Shown here in pieces: positions 20,976 to 32,538 of a stretch of DNA of 64,000 nucleotides. The notes below the pieces were generated by a model. The model was not told the DNA's origin. It saw only the letters and a program-made list of their open reading frames with translations, and did no database searches. The stretch spans positions 216,548 to 280,547 of the forward strand of contig JAANOX010000146.1 in assembly GCA_020184695.1 (NCBI GenBank). Direction: 5' to 3'. Within the stretch, counting starts at the first letter, position 1, and each line of letters opens with the position of its first letter. The position numbers were made by a program, and so were the translations under genes. The stretch comes from Histomonas meleagridis 2922-C6/04-290x (lineage: Eukaryota; Protista; Parabasalia).

Positions 20976-23900
20976 TTACATCTTAAAGTTGATTATCTGT
21001 GGCAATTCTCTATAATTAAATTCCAATTTGAATGGTTTTCTTTTATCGGCATTTTTCGTTCTTGGTTTCTTAATTTCTGTTTCGTTTTTCTTTGGCTCCA
21101 CTTGATCTGTTTGTTCCAACATTTGTTCCTGTTGTTTTTTATCTGTTTTCTTTTTTCTTCTTTTTACATCTTGTTGCCCTTGATTTACATTTTGATGATC
21201 TTGCTGTTGTTGATCAATGAAATTAAATCTTCGAATAGGATTCGCATATAATCTCAAGTATCTTCTTACTGGTAAATTTGTTATAACAATCATCTTCAAT
21301 CGTTGCATAACAAGTACATGTTTAGCGAAGAAGCTATTAGCAAATTGTTTTAAACTTGTTCTCATTACTGCATCATATTGATTGTTCCCATATATCTCTA
21401 TATTTACTGTATGTAATGACAATAATTTACTATAACCAAATTGACATATACCTTCAATCAATGCTTGATCATGTTCGATCTTCCAATCTTTTGGTAACTC
21501 CAATTGATCTCTAAACACGGTAGGTAACGAAGGCCATAATTGTCGAATATAATTTAACACATAAAATCGACTTTTTAAAGATTTGATATCTTGTTCTGGT
21601 ATAACGATGGTGGGGTACCTCAAATCCGTTACCCTATCGTTGTCGTTATCGTCGTTAACAATGACATTTGTATTTAATATTAATTGTTGATAAGGTCCAA
21701 CTGTTGTTAATGATTTAATAAAATATTTCACATAACTTGAAATCATTTTTGTGTTTTTTGAGGTGATCCTAGCGATAGCTTGGAATTCTTCCCAATCACT
21801 TTCACTAGCAATTGTTTGAGGGATAAAATATTCTTGTAATGCATAAATAATCGAACGATGTTCGAAGTCATTCCAAAACCCAAAAAACGGTCCGTTTTCG
21901 AACGTTAACACTAACGGCCTAATTAACGGATTCGAGTTTAACGTATTCAGCCCATTCAATTTCATTTCATGTAAAACGTATGAAAACAAATCTTGAGCAA
22001 TTGCTAAATATAATGAATTAAACATATTCTTTAGCATGTCATCACTATAATTTAATATTTGTACACTTTTCGCTATCAATTGCCAATTTTCACCATATTC
22101 CAAAAATGATTTAATTAATCTATAAATTTGTTCCGGATTAATATTTTGATTACCAATGAAAAAACGTGGTGGTAAATAATTAATTGGTCTTACTGACAAA
22201 AATGCTCTAACGATCCAATTCTTAGTAAATTGCATTAAATGATTATCAATAGTTTCTTGCGAATGTAATAACCTACCGAATGGTGTACTATTAAATAATG
22301 TTGTTGACATTAATTGATCTGTTTGCGCTAAGTGTTGCCAATACATATTATCTTGATGAAACTCTGTGGTGAATGCCTCGTTATTAAATTGATACCACAG
22401 AATCGAATTAATGACATTATAATTCGGTAAATATTTCGGAGAGATATTACTAATTAAACTTAATAATATGGATTTGCCATAGACAACAACTTCTTCAATT
22501 GGTTTCTCTACAAAATTAGAAATGCGTTCCCATTGATTAATGCCAAAGCGAAACATCGCTGTAAGTAATTGTGCACAATCGGGACTTTTCCACGCGCTTT
22601 TGTTGCTTCCTAATGATGGACTTAATGACCCAAATATTGAATCCCAAAAATCTGTCGATGAAATTTTGGAATGATCAAATCCAATGATATCTTTAATATG
22701 CATAAAATCATTTGGATAATGAAGTTGAAGATCTGTTTGTTGTTCTTGTTGTTGTGATCGTTGTGGATCTGATAATAAAAAAGCAATTCGAAAATATGTA
22801 TCGACTTCAAACGTGTTCATTAGTGAGAAGTTCAAACAACCGCCGTCAATTGAATTACTGCCTTCAATTGTGTTGGCAAAAATCTCGGATTCAATGGAAT
22901 TCTGTGTGAGTATGTGATAAACAGGTATTGAATGATCAGGATTTTTTGATAGAATATATTGAATGAAATTGACTTCCGATTTAAAATTCTTTGCAATATC
23001 CACGAAAATAATCTGTTGTAAACCCGTTATAAATCTGTCAATTTTTGTTGTTAATATATCTCTTGTTAATAAGATAACACTACCAACAAAATCATTTTTA
23101 ACATTATCATTTTCAATGTTCGAATTTAAAATTGAACAACCCTTACCAGTTGAAGTTATAACCTTATGTATTAAACGTAATAAACATAAACTATCCGAAA
23201 CTACAAATGTTAGATTTATGTTTTCGATCATTTCTAAAATTTTCATAATTTTCGAATTTGTTGATATTATAAAATCAATTTTTTGTGAATCATCAAGAAC
23301 AGTATGTTCATTAACGCCATTCTTGAACATATATTCTTGTTTTAATACATGATAAAATGTTGGTATAGCAATTGGGTTAAATGATAAATAATAAAGTTGT
23401 TGAACTAATTTCGTACCACGTAAAGATGATGAACGACTTTGTTTCGTACGAAACACAGAACTAATCCATTTATATGTTATATTTTTTATACTATTCGGTA
23501 CAAATATAATATTCTCATCAAAATTAAATACACTATTTTTTGCAAATTCATAATCAATTGGTATATAATCTTCATTCGGTATGTCGCTTAATAAAACAGT
23601 AAATGTGTTCGCTCGTTCGATAAATTTATTGTCAACTTTAATTGTAGATGAATGAATCATGTCAATAATAATGTTCCCCCAATGAAATTTCTTAAAGATA
23701 TTCCTATCTTGTCCATAAATAGTTGGACTAGTAATCACTACATCGAACAATTTATCATCAAAACCATGTGTTCGAACAAATGTACGCTCAGATACGGGTC
23801 CGAAGTATTCGATCCATTTCAAATTAGTCGTAAGTGAAATTGTATCTTTCCAAATATATGAAGAATATTCATCTGTGATTATTAATGTACTTCTTGAAAA

Positions 23901-25100
23901 TGAAAATTGGGCAACTAAATTATGAATAAAACTAACACATGCTAAAACTCGTCCAGTGCCGGCGCCCGTTAAAATTTGTACGTTATTTCCGTTTAATTTT
24001 GATTTGAATAAATCGAACACGATTTGGTTCTGTAAGTCTGTTAAAGGAATTCTATCAACTGGAACTACTTGTGTTATTGGACTTAAAGGTATTTCATGCG
24101 ATTGACGTCGTCTTAAATAAGATTGATGAAATCGATCAAATTGATCAATATTAACACATGAAAATATTTCCCCTTTTAATGATCGTATGGTTTCCCATGT
24201 TGACTCACTGGGTGGTAACCCTTTCCATTGAATTAAATATTCAAATTCATCACGATCATCATTACTTGATTCATCTGATAATGAATTAGGAACTTCACCT
24301 TGAAGTGTATAAACTCCGTTTGGTTGAAGAAACATTCCTACTTCACAATCTGTTGGTAAAAATGGATTATCAAATTTTTTCATCTGTTCAAATGGTTTTA
24401 ATTCATCAAGAGGATACCCTGGAAAATATATAGAACTATCATTGATGAAAGAAGGAATATTAATTTTGAAATCATTTGTTTGACGATGAGATAATATTCT
24501 ATCAATAAAAAAATTTTCAATTTTAAATGGAGTACCTAATGGTTCATAACATTGAGCACCTACATCTGACATTACTGTTGTAGTTTCTTGTACTATTTTG
24601 TTGTATTGTACTAAGTATTTATAAGATCTTGTACCTGACTTAATTTCTTCTTCTGGAACAAGAGTACAATGAATTGGTGCTTTTGCGATCCATCTTACAA
24701 GATATTTTATTCTATTGGCTTGTTCATGTACTTGGCAAAAAATTTCACAAATTGCAGGTCCATCTCCATGATCACTAGCTTCTTCAACTTCATCTGATTC
24801 ATAGTCACTTTCTACATAAATTGAATGAGAACTTGAACTTCTAGTTCTTGTTGATCTTCTTGGTGAAATATCATTATAAGTTCTCGTATCAGTAACAAAA
24901 TCAGCATCTGAATCTGAATCTTCTGGTCTTTTCTTTTTTGGTCTACCTCTTTTTTTTTTTGAATTTGGTGAAGGTTGTTGTTGTGGGATCATTCCAGTGA
25001 GTGGTACATTAAAAACATTCTGTGGAAAACGTTGATTTGAAGATTGATTTTGCATGTATATATTTTGTTGAAAGGAAAACCCTTGCCCGGGAAAAGACAT
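20976..25100 (-). CDS. CHD-like protein: AT-hook, tandem chromodomains, degenerate SNF2-type helicase, SANT-like region
   Basis: KKRGRPKK, YLVRW and EYLIQWKGLPPSESTWET chromo motifs. Walker A-like GAGTGRV and Walker B-like IIIDMIH are both non-consensus. WKIEHDQALIEGICQFGY is present. Probable ATG at 25100. Confidence 0.75.
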   Translation of the reverse strand: MSFPGQGFSFQQNIYMQNQSSNQRFPQNVFNVPLTGMIPQQQPSPNSKKKRGRPKKKRPEDSDSDADFVTDTRTYNDISPRRSTRTRSSSSHSIYVESDYESDEVEEASDHGDGPAICEIFCQVHEQANRIKYLVRWIAKAPIHCTLVPEEEIKSGTRSYKYLVQYNKIVQETTTVMSDVGAQCYEPLGTPFKIENFFIDRILSHRQTNDFKINIPSFINDSSIYFPGYPLDELKPFEQMKKFDNPFLPTDCEVGMFLQPNGVYTLQGEVPNSLSDESSNDDRDEFEYLIQWKGLPPSESTWETIRSLKGEIFSCVNIDQFDRFHQSYLRRRQSHEIPLSPITQVVPVDRIPLTDLQNQIVFDLFKSKLNGNNVQILTGAGTGRVLACVSFIHNLVAQFSFSRSTLIITDEYSSYIWKDTISLTTNLKWIEYFGPVSERTFVRTHGFDDKLFDVVITSPTIYGQDRNIFKKFHWGNIIIDMIHSSTIKVDNKFIERANTFTVLLSDIPNEDYIPIDYEFAKNSVFNFDENIIFVPNSIKNITYKWISSVFRTKQSRSSSLRGTKLVQQLYYLSFNPIAIPTFYHVLKQEYMFKNGVNEHTVLDDSQKIDFIISTNSKIMKILEMIENINLTFVVSDSLCLLRLIHKVITSTGKGCSILNSNIENDNVKNDFVGSVILLTRDILTTKIDRFITGLQQIIFVDIAKNFKSEVNFIQYILSKNPDHSIPVYHILTQNSIESEIFANTIEGSNSIDGGCLNFSLMNTFEVDTYFRIAFLLSDPQRSQQQEQQTDLQLHYPNDFMHIKDIIGFDHSKISSTDFWDSIFGSLSPSLGSNKSAWKSPDCAQLLTAMFRFGINQWERISNFVEKPIEEVVVYGKSILLSLISNISPKYLPNYNVINSILWYQFNNEAFTTEFHQDNMYWQHLAQTDQLMSTTLFNSTPFGRLLHSQETIDNHLMQFTKNWIVRAFLSVRPINYLPPRFFIGNQNINPEQIYRLIKSFLEYGENWQLIAKSVQILNYSDDMLKNMFNSLYLAIAQDLFSYVLHEMKLNGLNTLNSNPLIRPLVLTFENGPFFGFWNDFEHRSIIYALQEYFIPQTIASESDWEEFQAIARITSKNTKMISSYVKYFIKSLTTVGPYQQLILNTNVIVNDDNDNDRVTDLRYPTIVIPEQDIKSLKSRFYVLNYIRQLWPSLPTVFRDQLELPKDWKIEHDQALIEGICQFGYSKLLSLHTVNIEIYGNNQYDAVMRTSLKQFANSFFAKHVLVMQRLKMIVITNLPVRRYLRLYANPIRRFNFIDQQQQDHQNVNQGQQDVKRRKKKTDKKQQEQMLEQTDQVEPKKNETEIKKPRTKNADKRKPFKLEFNYRELPQIINFKM

Positions 25101-25443
25101 TGGATCTGTCACTTTTATTAAACCGCACACAAAGACATAAAAAATCCATTATGTATAATAAAAATAGTTATAATTACATTAATAAACGCAACCATTAATT
25201 CTTAAACTACTTCCTACTTTATAACACTTAAGTCTAAAAAATGAAAATTAATAATTTGAAATTATTTTATTTTCGAAAAACTAGTTAATATTTAAAACAT
25301 TCTAGAGTTAGCCATGATAAAAGCTCATAGTATACTGATTGGATTTGTTTGTTAATGTTTTTTGATAAGATAAGATGAAATAGGACAGACCCATTCAATT
25401 TCTATCAATATAAACCTCCGAAACTATTTACAATATTTTTAAA

Positions 25444-27972
25444 ATGTCATCTGAAACTGACATCATGAAGCGACTTATGGACTTAGTCAAACTTTCTTCT
25501 TTAGGTTTGACTGACGAATCCCCATCAAAAGATGAAGAGCCAATTGAAAAAGAAGATGTAGCCGAGATTGAATCACTTGATCGATTATTTAAGCAATTAC
25601 AACCTTTTGATAAAGATGTCAAACTTGAATCAGAATCACCCGAATTCAAGAAGAAATCAAATAAAGTTTTAGAATCCTTTGCAACTATCACTTCAAATTT
25701 AGAAAAGCAATTTGAAGAAACACAAGTTGAACCACAACCAATGACAGCCCATCAACTTCGTATTGAACGACCATTTGACAATACCATTATTACATTTAAT
25801 CCATCTGCATCTAAAAAATTACAAGAAGTAATAAATGAACTTGCCGAAGGTCACACACTCATTATTCCCAGTGGAGCATATAGTCAACCAATTGAACTTA
25901 ACAAAGGCATTCATTTGTTAGCTGATCAATCAGCTGATATCGTTGTTGCTGGCTCTGAAGAAGCATTTAAATGCCAAGCAGTTGGTGCCGTTATAGAAGG
26001 TTTTACATTCCATTACAAAGGAACCGATTCTGTTCCATCAGTATTAATATCACATGGTGAAGTCACATTTATAAACTGTAAATTTGTTGGATCTGAATCC
26101 CGTGCAGTCATTGTCAAGGGCTGTGCCTCCACCACCTTCATTAATTGTCAATTTGTTGATTCCAAAGATTGCAATATTGCGGTTATGGGCAATTCCATTG
26201 TCTACTGCAAGAACTGTACCATCAAATCGTCTGGCCAGAGCGGTGTTTACTTACAAGATGAAAGTTCATCGAAATTTATTGGTTGTAAAATTTCGAATAA
26301 TAAGCAACATGGAGTCAGTATCCAAGACAAAGCGAGTGCCCTCTTCCAGAAGTGTACGATCACCAAGAACAAAATGCATGGTTTATATGTCACATCTACT
26401 AGTACCGAAATCATGATTCGTGAAAGTACTATTAGTGACCATGAAAATGGATTTGCAGTTGCGATGTATCAACAAGGAAAATGTTCTCTCACGTCGAATA
26501 CAATCAAAGACAACTTAAAGGGTTCATTACTCTTATGCGAATTTTCGAATGTATTATCACTTAATAATAAGTTCATTAGTAACTCGAAAGATTTCTCTGC
26601 TATTTTAATGTCACAATCTGCTCAATGTATCTCAGAAGACGATGAAATTGTCGGCGCATGTAAGAATGGCATTAGCTTATCGAATGAGGCACAGTTCACT
26701 GGCAAAGGATTATCGATGAAAGGCATTTTGGGCAACGGTATCGTCCATTCAAAAGGCACCGTTGTAAAATTAGAACGATCCAATTTTGACTACACGAAAG
26801 CGGCTGCGATATCGTCCAAAGAAGGCTCAAGGATTGAGATGACCGATTGCACTTTTTCAAATGTTTCTGAAGATTCGGCGGTTGTATTGAATGGCGCTGT
26901 TAACGGCTTCATGAAGAATTGTAAAGTTAACAAATCCAAGACTGGCATATTAGCAGTTGCAGCGATTGGAGACTTTGTTATAACTAATTGTGATTTTAGT
27001 GATAATATTATACAAAGTGTTAATGCGAAAGATGGGTGTACATTACGATTTGAATCATGTAATTTCACTTCTACATTAGGCTCTAAGTCTAAGTTTAATG
27101 CTGTAATTCATAATGATTTAGAAATAGAAGTTAAGAAGCCAACAAATCCAATTTTCATTAATTGTAATTTCACTGTTTCAGAATGCGCAGGAGTACATAT
27201 TACAAGTGGTTGCTCACCAATATTTAAAGGATGTAAATTCTCACAATCAGCAAATCAAGGCGCAGACATCAAAGGCTCATCGCCAATATTCGAAAACTGT
27301 GAATTCACTAACAACGGAATGGCAGCGATCTTAATCTATCAGCAAAGCAAAGTCGCAATCACTGGTTGTAAGATCACTTCGAACATGATGTCCGGACTTG
27401 TCATCAAAGAAGTTGGAACTAATGCCACGATTAAAGACACAGAAATTAGTTCGCATACTGCTTCTAATGGCTCTGCGGTACAAAATGGAGCGACAGCAAC
27501 ATTTGAAAATTGTAATTTCTTTAATAACTTGAAATATCATTTGATATCTGATCGCAAAGCTGTTGCGAATGTGATCGGATGCGATTTCCATTCAAGTGGT
27601 ATTGGTAAAGGTGTAATCGCAAGTAACGAAGGTAAAATGAACATAAGTAAGAAGACAAAGATTCATGACGAGTCTATTGTAGGCGCAATGACATTCGACG
27701 GAGAATTAGTTATTGACGATTCAGACTTCTATGGATGTTCGCAAGAAGCAATTTACATTAGCGGCGCAAAGTCAAAGCTGACTATTACTGGAAGTAGAAT
27801 CCATGATAATACACCAGATGGATTATTTGCTGCTGATGGTGAAATAATTGTGAAGCATAACGAGTTCTATAATCATTCAGGTCATGCAATTATCATCGAT
27901 AAGAAAGTGTCACACCAATTACAAAATAACGTCTTCACAAACAATAAGGTAAAGGACGTACTGATGACTTGA
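25444..27972 (+). CDS. Right-handed parallel beta-helix (pectin-lyase-like) repeat protein
   Basis: 842-aa ORF with repeated GVxIxxxxxxxFxxCxIxxN units. Confidence 0.85.
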   Translation: MSSETDIMKRLMDLVKLSSLGLTDESPSKDEEPIEKEDVAEIESLDRLFKQLQPFDKDVKLESESPEFKKKSNKVLESFATITSNLEKQFEETQVEPQPMTAHQLRIERPFDNTIITFNPSASKKLQEVINELAEGHTLIIPSGAYSQPIELNKGIHLLADQSADIVVAGSEEAFKCQAVGAVIEGFTFHYKGTDSVPSVLISHGEVTFINCKFVGSESRAVIVKGCASTTFINCQFVDSKDCNIAVMGNSIVYCKNCTIKSSGQSGVYLQDESSSKFIGCKISNNKQHGVSIQDKASALFQKCTITKNKMHGLYVTSTSTEIMIRESTISDHENGFAVAMYQQGKCSLTSNTIKDNLKGSLLLCEFSNVLSLNNKFISNSKDFSAILMSQSAQCISEDDEIVGACKNGISLSNEAQFTGKGLSMKGILGNGIVHSKGTVVKLERSNFDYTKAAAISSKEGSRIEMTDCTFSNVSEDSAVVLNGAVNGFMKNCKVNKSKTGILAVAAIGDFVITNCDFSDNIIQSVNAKDGCTLRFESCNFTSTLGSKSKFNAVIHNDLEIEVKKPTNPIFINCNFTVSECAGVHITSGCSPIFKGCKFSQSANQGADIKGSSPIFENCEFTNNGMAAILIYQQSKVAITGCKITSNMMSGLVIKEVGTNATIKDTEISSHTASNGSAVQNGATATFENCNFFNNLKYHLISDRKAVANVIGCDFHSSGIGKGVIASNEGKMNISKKTKIHDESIVGAMTFDGELVIDDSDFYGCSQEAIYISGAKSKLTITGSRIHDNTPDGLFAADGEIIVKHNEFYNHSGHAIIIDKKVSHQLQNNVFTNNKVKDVLMT

Positions 27973-28077
27973 GTAAAGTAACCAAAATATTCACTTTGTT
28001 TTAATCGTATTTATTATGAAATGCTTTCAATACTTTATTCGGAGTGTAATGATTTTTAAAAGCTTCGAAGGGTTGCC

Positions 28078-28237
28078 AAAACTTGGCGAGGTTCGGCTGA
28101 TGAGGGAATTCTTGTGGAAACAATTCATAAATGATAAAAGTCAAAATATTCGTGTTTGCCTATAAAACTTGGCGAGGTTCGGTTGATGAGAGAATTCTTG
28201 TGGAAACAATTCATAAATGATAAAAGTCAAAATATTC
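28078..28237. repeat. Tandem duplication of a 74-nt unit, 86-nt period
   Basis: aaaacttggcgagg...aatattc occurs at 28078-28151 and 28164-28237 with 2 mismatches. Confidence 0.9.
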
Positions 28238-28828
28238 AAACAGGCTGATAAATTACCCAAATTTTTATCTCCTGTATTTATTGTTGTACTGACATCATGA
28301 AGCATGTACTTTGGTAAAATCAGAGTGTTTGACAAAATGAAAAGTTTTGAATTCACCGATCAAAATCTATTTCTAACTGTTATTGAAATTTCGCAATATG
28401 TAACAAAAAAGTAGAAGAACTTAAATAAATCAGATCATAAGATTAATGTGGAAAAGAAGCTATACCTTTACAAGCTTTATTCTAGAACCTAAATCAAATT
28501 ATCCAAAAGTTTTTCTGCATATAAATATAATTCCACACGCACTTGAATGTTTCAGGAGGTAAATTTCTGAAACAACTCACTAAATAAAAGTTATTACTAA
28601 TTATGATTTTATTTTTACTGATTTTGTAAGTTTTATTTAATGTAAATATGAATTCCTTTCATACATATATATTTTATGCCTTATTATATGATAATAAATA
28701 TATTTATATATGCGATATCTTTCAAATTTGTAATGTTCAAAAAACGATAATCGAATGTTTTAGTCAACTAAACATAGTCAATCAAATCTAGATTATTACA
28801 TATATTTACTTATAGTCAATCTAAAGAT

Positions 28829-29349
28829 ATTTGAATTTAACGATTAATGTAATTTTAAATTATTTGAAATTCAGTTATAATATTCGGAATTTTTTCATAT
28901 TATTATATACATCTTTAATATGGTCATCCATGAAAGCCAATATTGAAGTAGTTGAAATACTTCTTGCGCAAGAAGGAATTGATATTAATACTAAGTCTCC
29001 TCATGTCCTCATTCATCCGTTTTGTTTAATGTTTATCTTTACAATTTAATATTTTAAATAATATTTGGAATTTATATAAAATATTTAAAACTGCATTAAT
29101 GTATGCATCTGAAAATGGTAAAGTAGAAATAGTTAAATTACTTCTTGATAAAGAAGGAATTGATATTGTTACAGGAAATGTTAATATATTTTAAATAATA
29201 TTTATCTTAGTTATTTAAAATTTATAAATAATATTTGGAAATTATTCAATTTATTCGACACTGCACTTATTTTGGCAACAAAAAATTCTCATGTAGAAAT
29301 TGTTCAATTACTTCGTGAAAAATCACATCGTCAATGTACGTTTTGTTAA
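28829..29349 (+). pseudogene. Orphan ankyrin cassette array (locus C): 3 spacers and 3 cassettes, head gene decayed
   Basis: Cassettes TSLIWSSMKANIEVVEILLAQEGIDINTK, TALMYASENGKVEIVKLLLDKEGIDI and TALILATKNSHVEIVQLLREK. Spacers at 28829-28908, 28999-29089 and 29180-29259. Confidence 0.75.
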
Positions 29350-29984
29350 TAACTAAACAATAATTGCTAATGATAACCTGTTTGAATAGTCATCGGGATA
29401 TAGACTTAATCTCGGGATAAATTAATAAAATTAAAGGTTAAATGTATTCGTTTTTTAACTAACCCTCTGACTCAAGCTATTGTAAATGGATGTACCGTTA
29501 TTTTTTACAATGGGAGCCAATATACAGAAGATTGTCACGTACATTAGAATTATTCATAGCAACAAAATTTTTATCGTACTGCTATGATTGATTTGAGTTC
29601 AACCCCTTAACAATATTTGCGAAATCTTTTAAATGTTTGTTAAAATGGCATTCATCATGATGTGCTTTATTGTTTTTTTGATTATAAAATTGTACAATGA
29701 AGAAGAAGCATTATAAACAAAAAATGTATATATATACATTGAAATTTTTTTATATAATAATCTTGTTTACGCTTTGTTAATAAAGGGATTTTTTTTAAAA
29801 AAAACACTTAACACTCCATCAAGAAACTTGAACAAATTTATTCAATAAATGATTAACTCAGCTTGTTATAATGTTATAATTTTAAAGCTATTATTCAGAT
29901 TTAAAAAAAAAAAAAATGTTTTATATAAAAAAATTTTATTCCTTTAATTTATTTAATATTGAAACATAATAACTAATAATATAT

Positions 29985-31094
29985 TTAATTTCCCCAATAA
30001 CCTGATCTTTCCATTACAGTTGGTATGACTGGGGACGAATCTCTTGTTCTATATGCTGATTGTTCTTTAAAGCTTTTTGTATATGTTGTATTTCCTGTCT
30101 TAAACGTTCTAGTGTCTCCAGGCACCCCTGCTCTAACCGTTTCGTTTGAATTGTAACCGCTGTTCCTTTTGGGTGCCATAGCCGTAACCGCCCTTTTCGG
30201 CGGTTGGTATGAAATCATGCTAACGGATTTGTATGGGTCTGGATCGAAGAGATTTTGGTATTCCGTTGTGTTCTTGAGCTTTAATTCTCTGACTGTGATA
30301 GGGGGAAGTTGTTCTGCTGTTACGTTAGAAAGAGGAAGCGTTTTTTCATGTGTCGGTTTGATGGAATCTGTAAAACCAGAATGTTGCATTGTAACATTAC
30401 TCGGAATTCCGACTGTGCTTCGAGTCCTTGGTCGACTACAATATGATGTTTTCATGATTGAAATGGGTTCTTCAACTGGATCTTCGGGAATTGTGATGTG
30501 TTGCCTTGTAAATGAATTTTGCTCTTTTCTACCAACAGAAGGCGGACCATTGTCCCAAAGGCGCTCATATGATGTTGGCTTTTTTGAGTAAGCTGTGCCT
30601 GTTGTCGTTGATCCCCAATTTGGACCAGCTCCATGGTTTTCTGCATCAATTGGATTGTAGTGTGAAATCCTACTAAGCGCTAATCTATCAAGATGTGATG
30701 CATTTATTTCTCTTTCTTGTTGAGTTTTGATGCGCATTGCAGGAGATTCGTACAAAATATTTGCTTCTGGCTCATTCCAATAACCAGAGCGTTCCATTAC
30801 AGAACGAGTGACTGGCCTGTCTCTATTAATGTTTCTATTAACAGCAGCAAGAGAATGAGTCTCATGTGAAGATGTGTTTCTGTAATCAGATCTGTCTTTT
30901 AATGGAGCTAAATCAAGTGGTGAAATGTGGTTGTTTGAAGAAAATCCTGTTCGAATATTTTGGGTTTGCGGATAAATCCCTGGAGTTATTGAACGAGATT
31001 GCGTAGTATTTGGACGTCTATAAGACGAAGCATAAGTAGTTGTATAGAAAGACATAACATCAGAATCACCTCCACGAGATTTTGCACGAGACAT
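29985..31094 (-). CDS. SAXO4/PPP1R32 (IIIG9)-like microtubule inner protein
   Basis: DVMSFYTTTYASSY, TGFSSN, NPIDAENHGAGP and SVGRKEQNSFTRQ parallel the recalled PPP1R32 motifs (DPLKFYATSY, TGYKSN, DPLERENFRHGP, SIGAKEGSGFTKQ) in the same order. Confidence 0.65.
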   Translation of the reverse strand: MSRAKSRGGDSDVMSFYTTTYASSYRRPNTTQSRSITPGIYPQTQNIRTGFSSNNHISPLDLAPLKDRSDYRNTSSHETHSLAAVNRNINRDRPVTRSVMERSGYWNEPEANILYESPAMRIKTQQEREINASHLDRLALSRISHYNPIDAENHGAGPNWGSTTTGTAYSKKPTSYERLWDNGPPSVGRKEQNSFTRQHITIPEDPVEEPISIMKTSYCSRPRTRSTVGIPSNVTMQHSGFTDSIKPTHEKTLPLSNVTAEQLPPITVRELKLKNTTEYQNLFDPDPYKSVSMISYQPPKRAVTAMAPKRNSGYNSNETVRAGVPGDTRTFKTGNTTYTKSFKEQSAYRTRDSSPVIPTVMERSGYWGN

Positions 31095-31637
31095 TTGCGG
31101 GTAACGTATTTGTCACTTTTTGTAATCCATTGTTGAAAATTATAAAATCGTTTTTTCATGTGTTTTTTTCCTTTATTTATACTATTAATTCATACTTATT
31201 TTTTATTAAAAAGATAAATCAAATAATATATGTTTGTGTTTATAATATTTTTTATATTTTTGATGTTTTTGTGGAATAATTTAAATATAATTCATATGAT
31301 TTAATAAAAATTTGAATAATAAACATCACTACATATGCCATATTCTGATTGAAATATTTATGATGGGGAAAAAATTGAAAGTGATATTACATTTTTAAGT
31401 AAGAATATAAAAATTAAAAATTTCAAAAAGTGGATGTGGGGAACCATTTTTTATTTACCACATCCAACTTGATTTTTGCAGTTTATATTTTTTATGATTT
31501 TTTTTCAATATAAATTCTAGCAAACCGCAAAACATTCACTCATACAAATTCTTAGTAATTTCATAAAAAAACGAAATTTCCAGTTTTGATAATCAAAACT
31601 TATATATTTTGAATTCATAAATAATTTAGTTTGATAA

Positions 31638-32177
31638 ATGTTCACCGATTATGCAACTTTAATGCCCCGTCGCCCATCAAAGAAACCCCATCCTCGAGTA
31701 CCATTTTCGAAAGATGAAGATGAAAAATTAAAAGAATTAGTTAACCAATTCGGCACTAATTGGAATGTAGTTTCAGAAAAAATGGAAAACAGAAATCCTA
31801 GACAATGTAAAGAGCGGTGGACTCATTATTTATCACCGAATGTAATCATGAAACCTTGGACGACGGAAGAAGATGAATTTTTAAAAAGAAAACTTTTGGA
31901 GTTAGGTCCAAAATGGGTTAAATTATCAAGTTTTTTTCCTAATAGGACTGATATACAATTAAAGAATAGATGGTTTGTTTTGATGAGGAAAGAATGTAGA
32001 CATAAAACAAAAACCGGAAGGAAGAAATACAGAAACATATCAGAAAATAATATTAATGGCGGTACTTTTCAAACGCCCCATGAGAATGAATTTACATTTA
32101 ATCTTAACTCAAATGAGTTTCAGATATTTAATGATTTACTTGATAACATAAAATGGGAACAAGATTTCCAAGCATAA
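31638..32177 (+). CDS. R2R3 Myb-like DNA-binding protein
   Basis: PFSKDEDEKL...W...RNPRQCKERW..YL.P...PWTTEED...GPKW...RTDIQLKNRW. Confidence 0.95.
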   Translation: MFTDYATLMPRRPSKKPHPRVPFSKDEDEKLKELVNQFGTNWNVVSEKMENRNPRQCKERWTHYLSPNVIMKPWTTEEDEFLKRKLLELGPKWVKLSSFFPNRTDIQLKNRWFVLMRKECRHKTKTGRKKYRNISENNINGGTFQTPHENEFTFNLNSNEFQIFNDLLDNIKWEQDFQA

Positions 32178-32538
32178 TTTTCGTAAATAAAATTTAAAGT
32201 ATCGATTATAAATATTTCTTTAATAAATAAATCATTTAAATCCAATCTCTTTTTATACTTTTATTTTTTAAAAGGTTTTGATAAGCAACAAAAGAATTAA
32301 ATTTTAATGTAATTAAACATAGCAATTTGATGATTTCAACAATCACAATATAGTGAGTATATGTAACAGAAAAGATCTCTGTGTTGATTTCAATGCTAAT
32401 TACTGTATAATGAGTAACATTATGCAATGATTTCAACCATATAATGAAATTTGTTTTCATCATTTTAATTAAATAAATAAAAAAATTTATATTAAATTAT
32501 TATTTATAAATATTTCGGTAAATATCACTACAAAACAT

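Noticed and set aside
28095-28150. Hammerhead ribozyme (CTGATGA...GAAAC) in the 74-nt duplication
   Set aside because: Stem II cannot close with the required G-C pair, stems I and III are not evident, and the second copy has TTGATGA.
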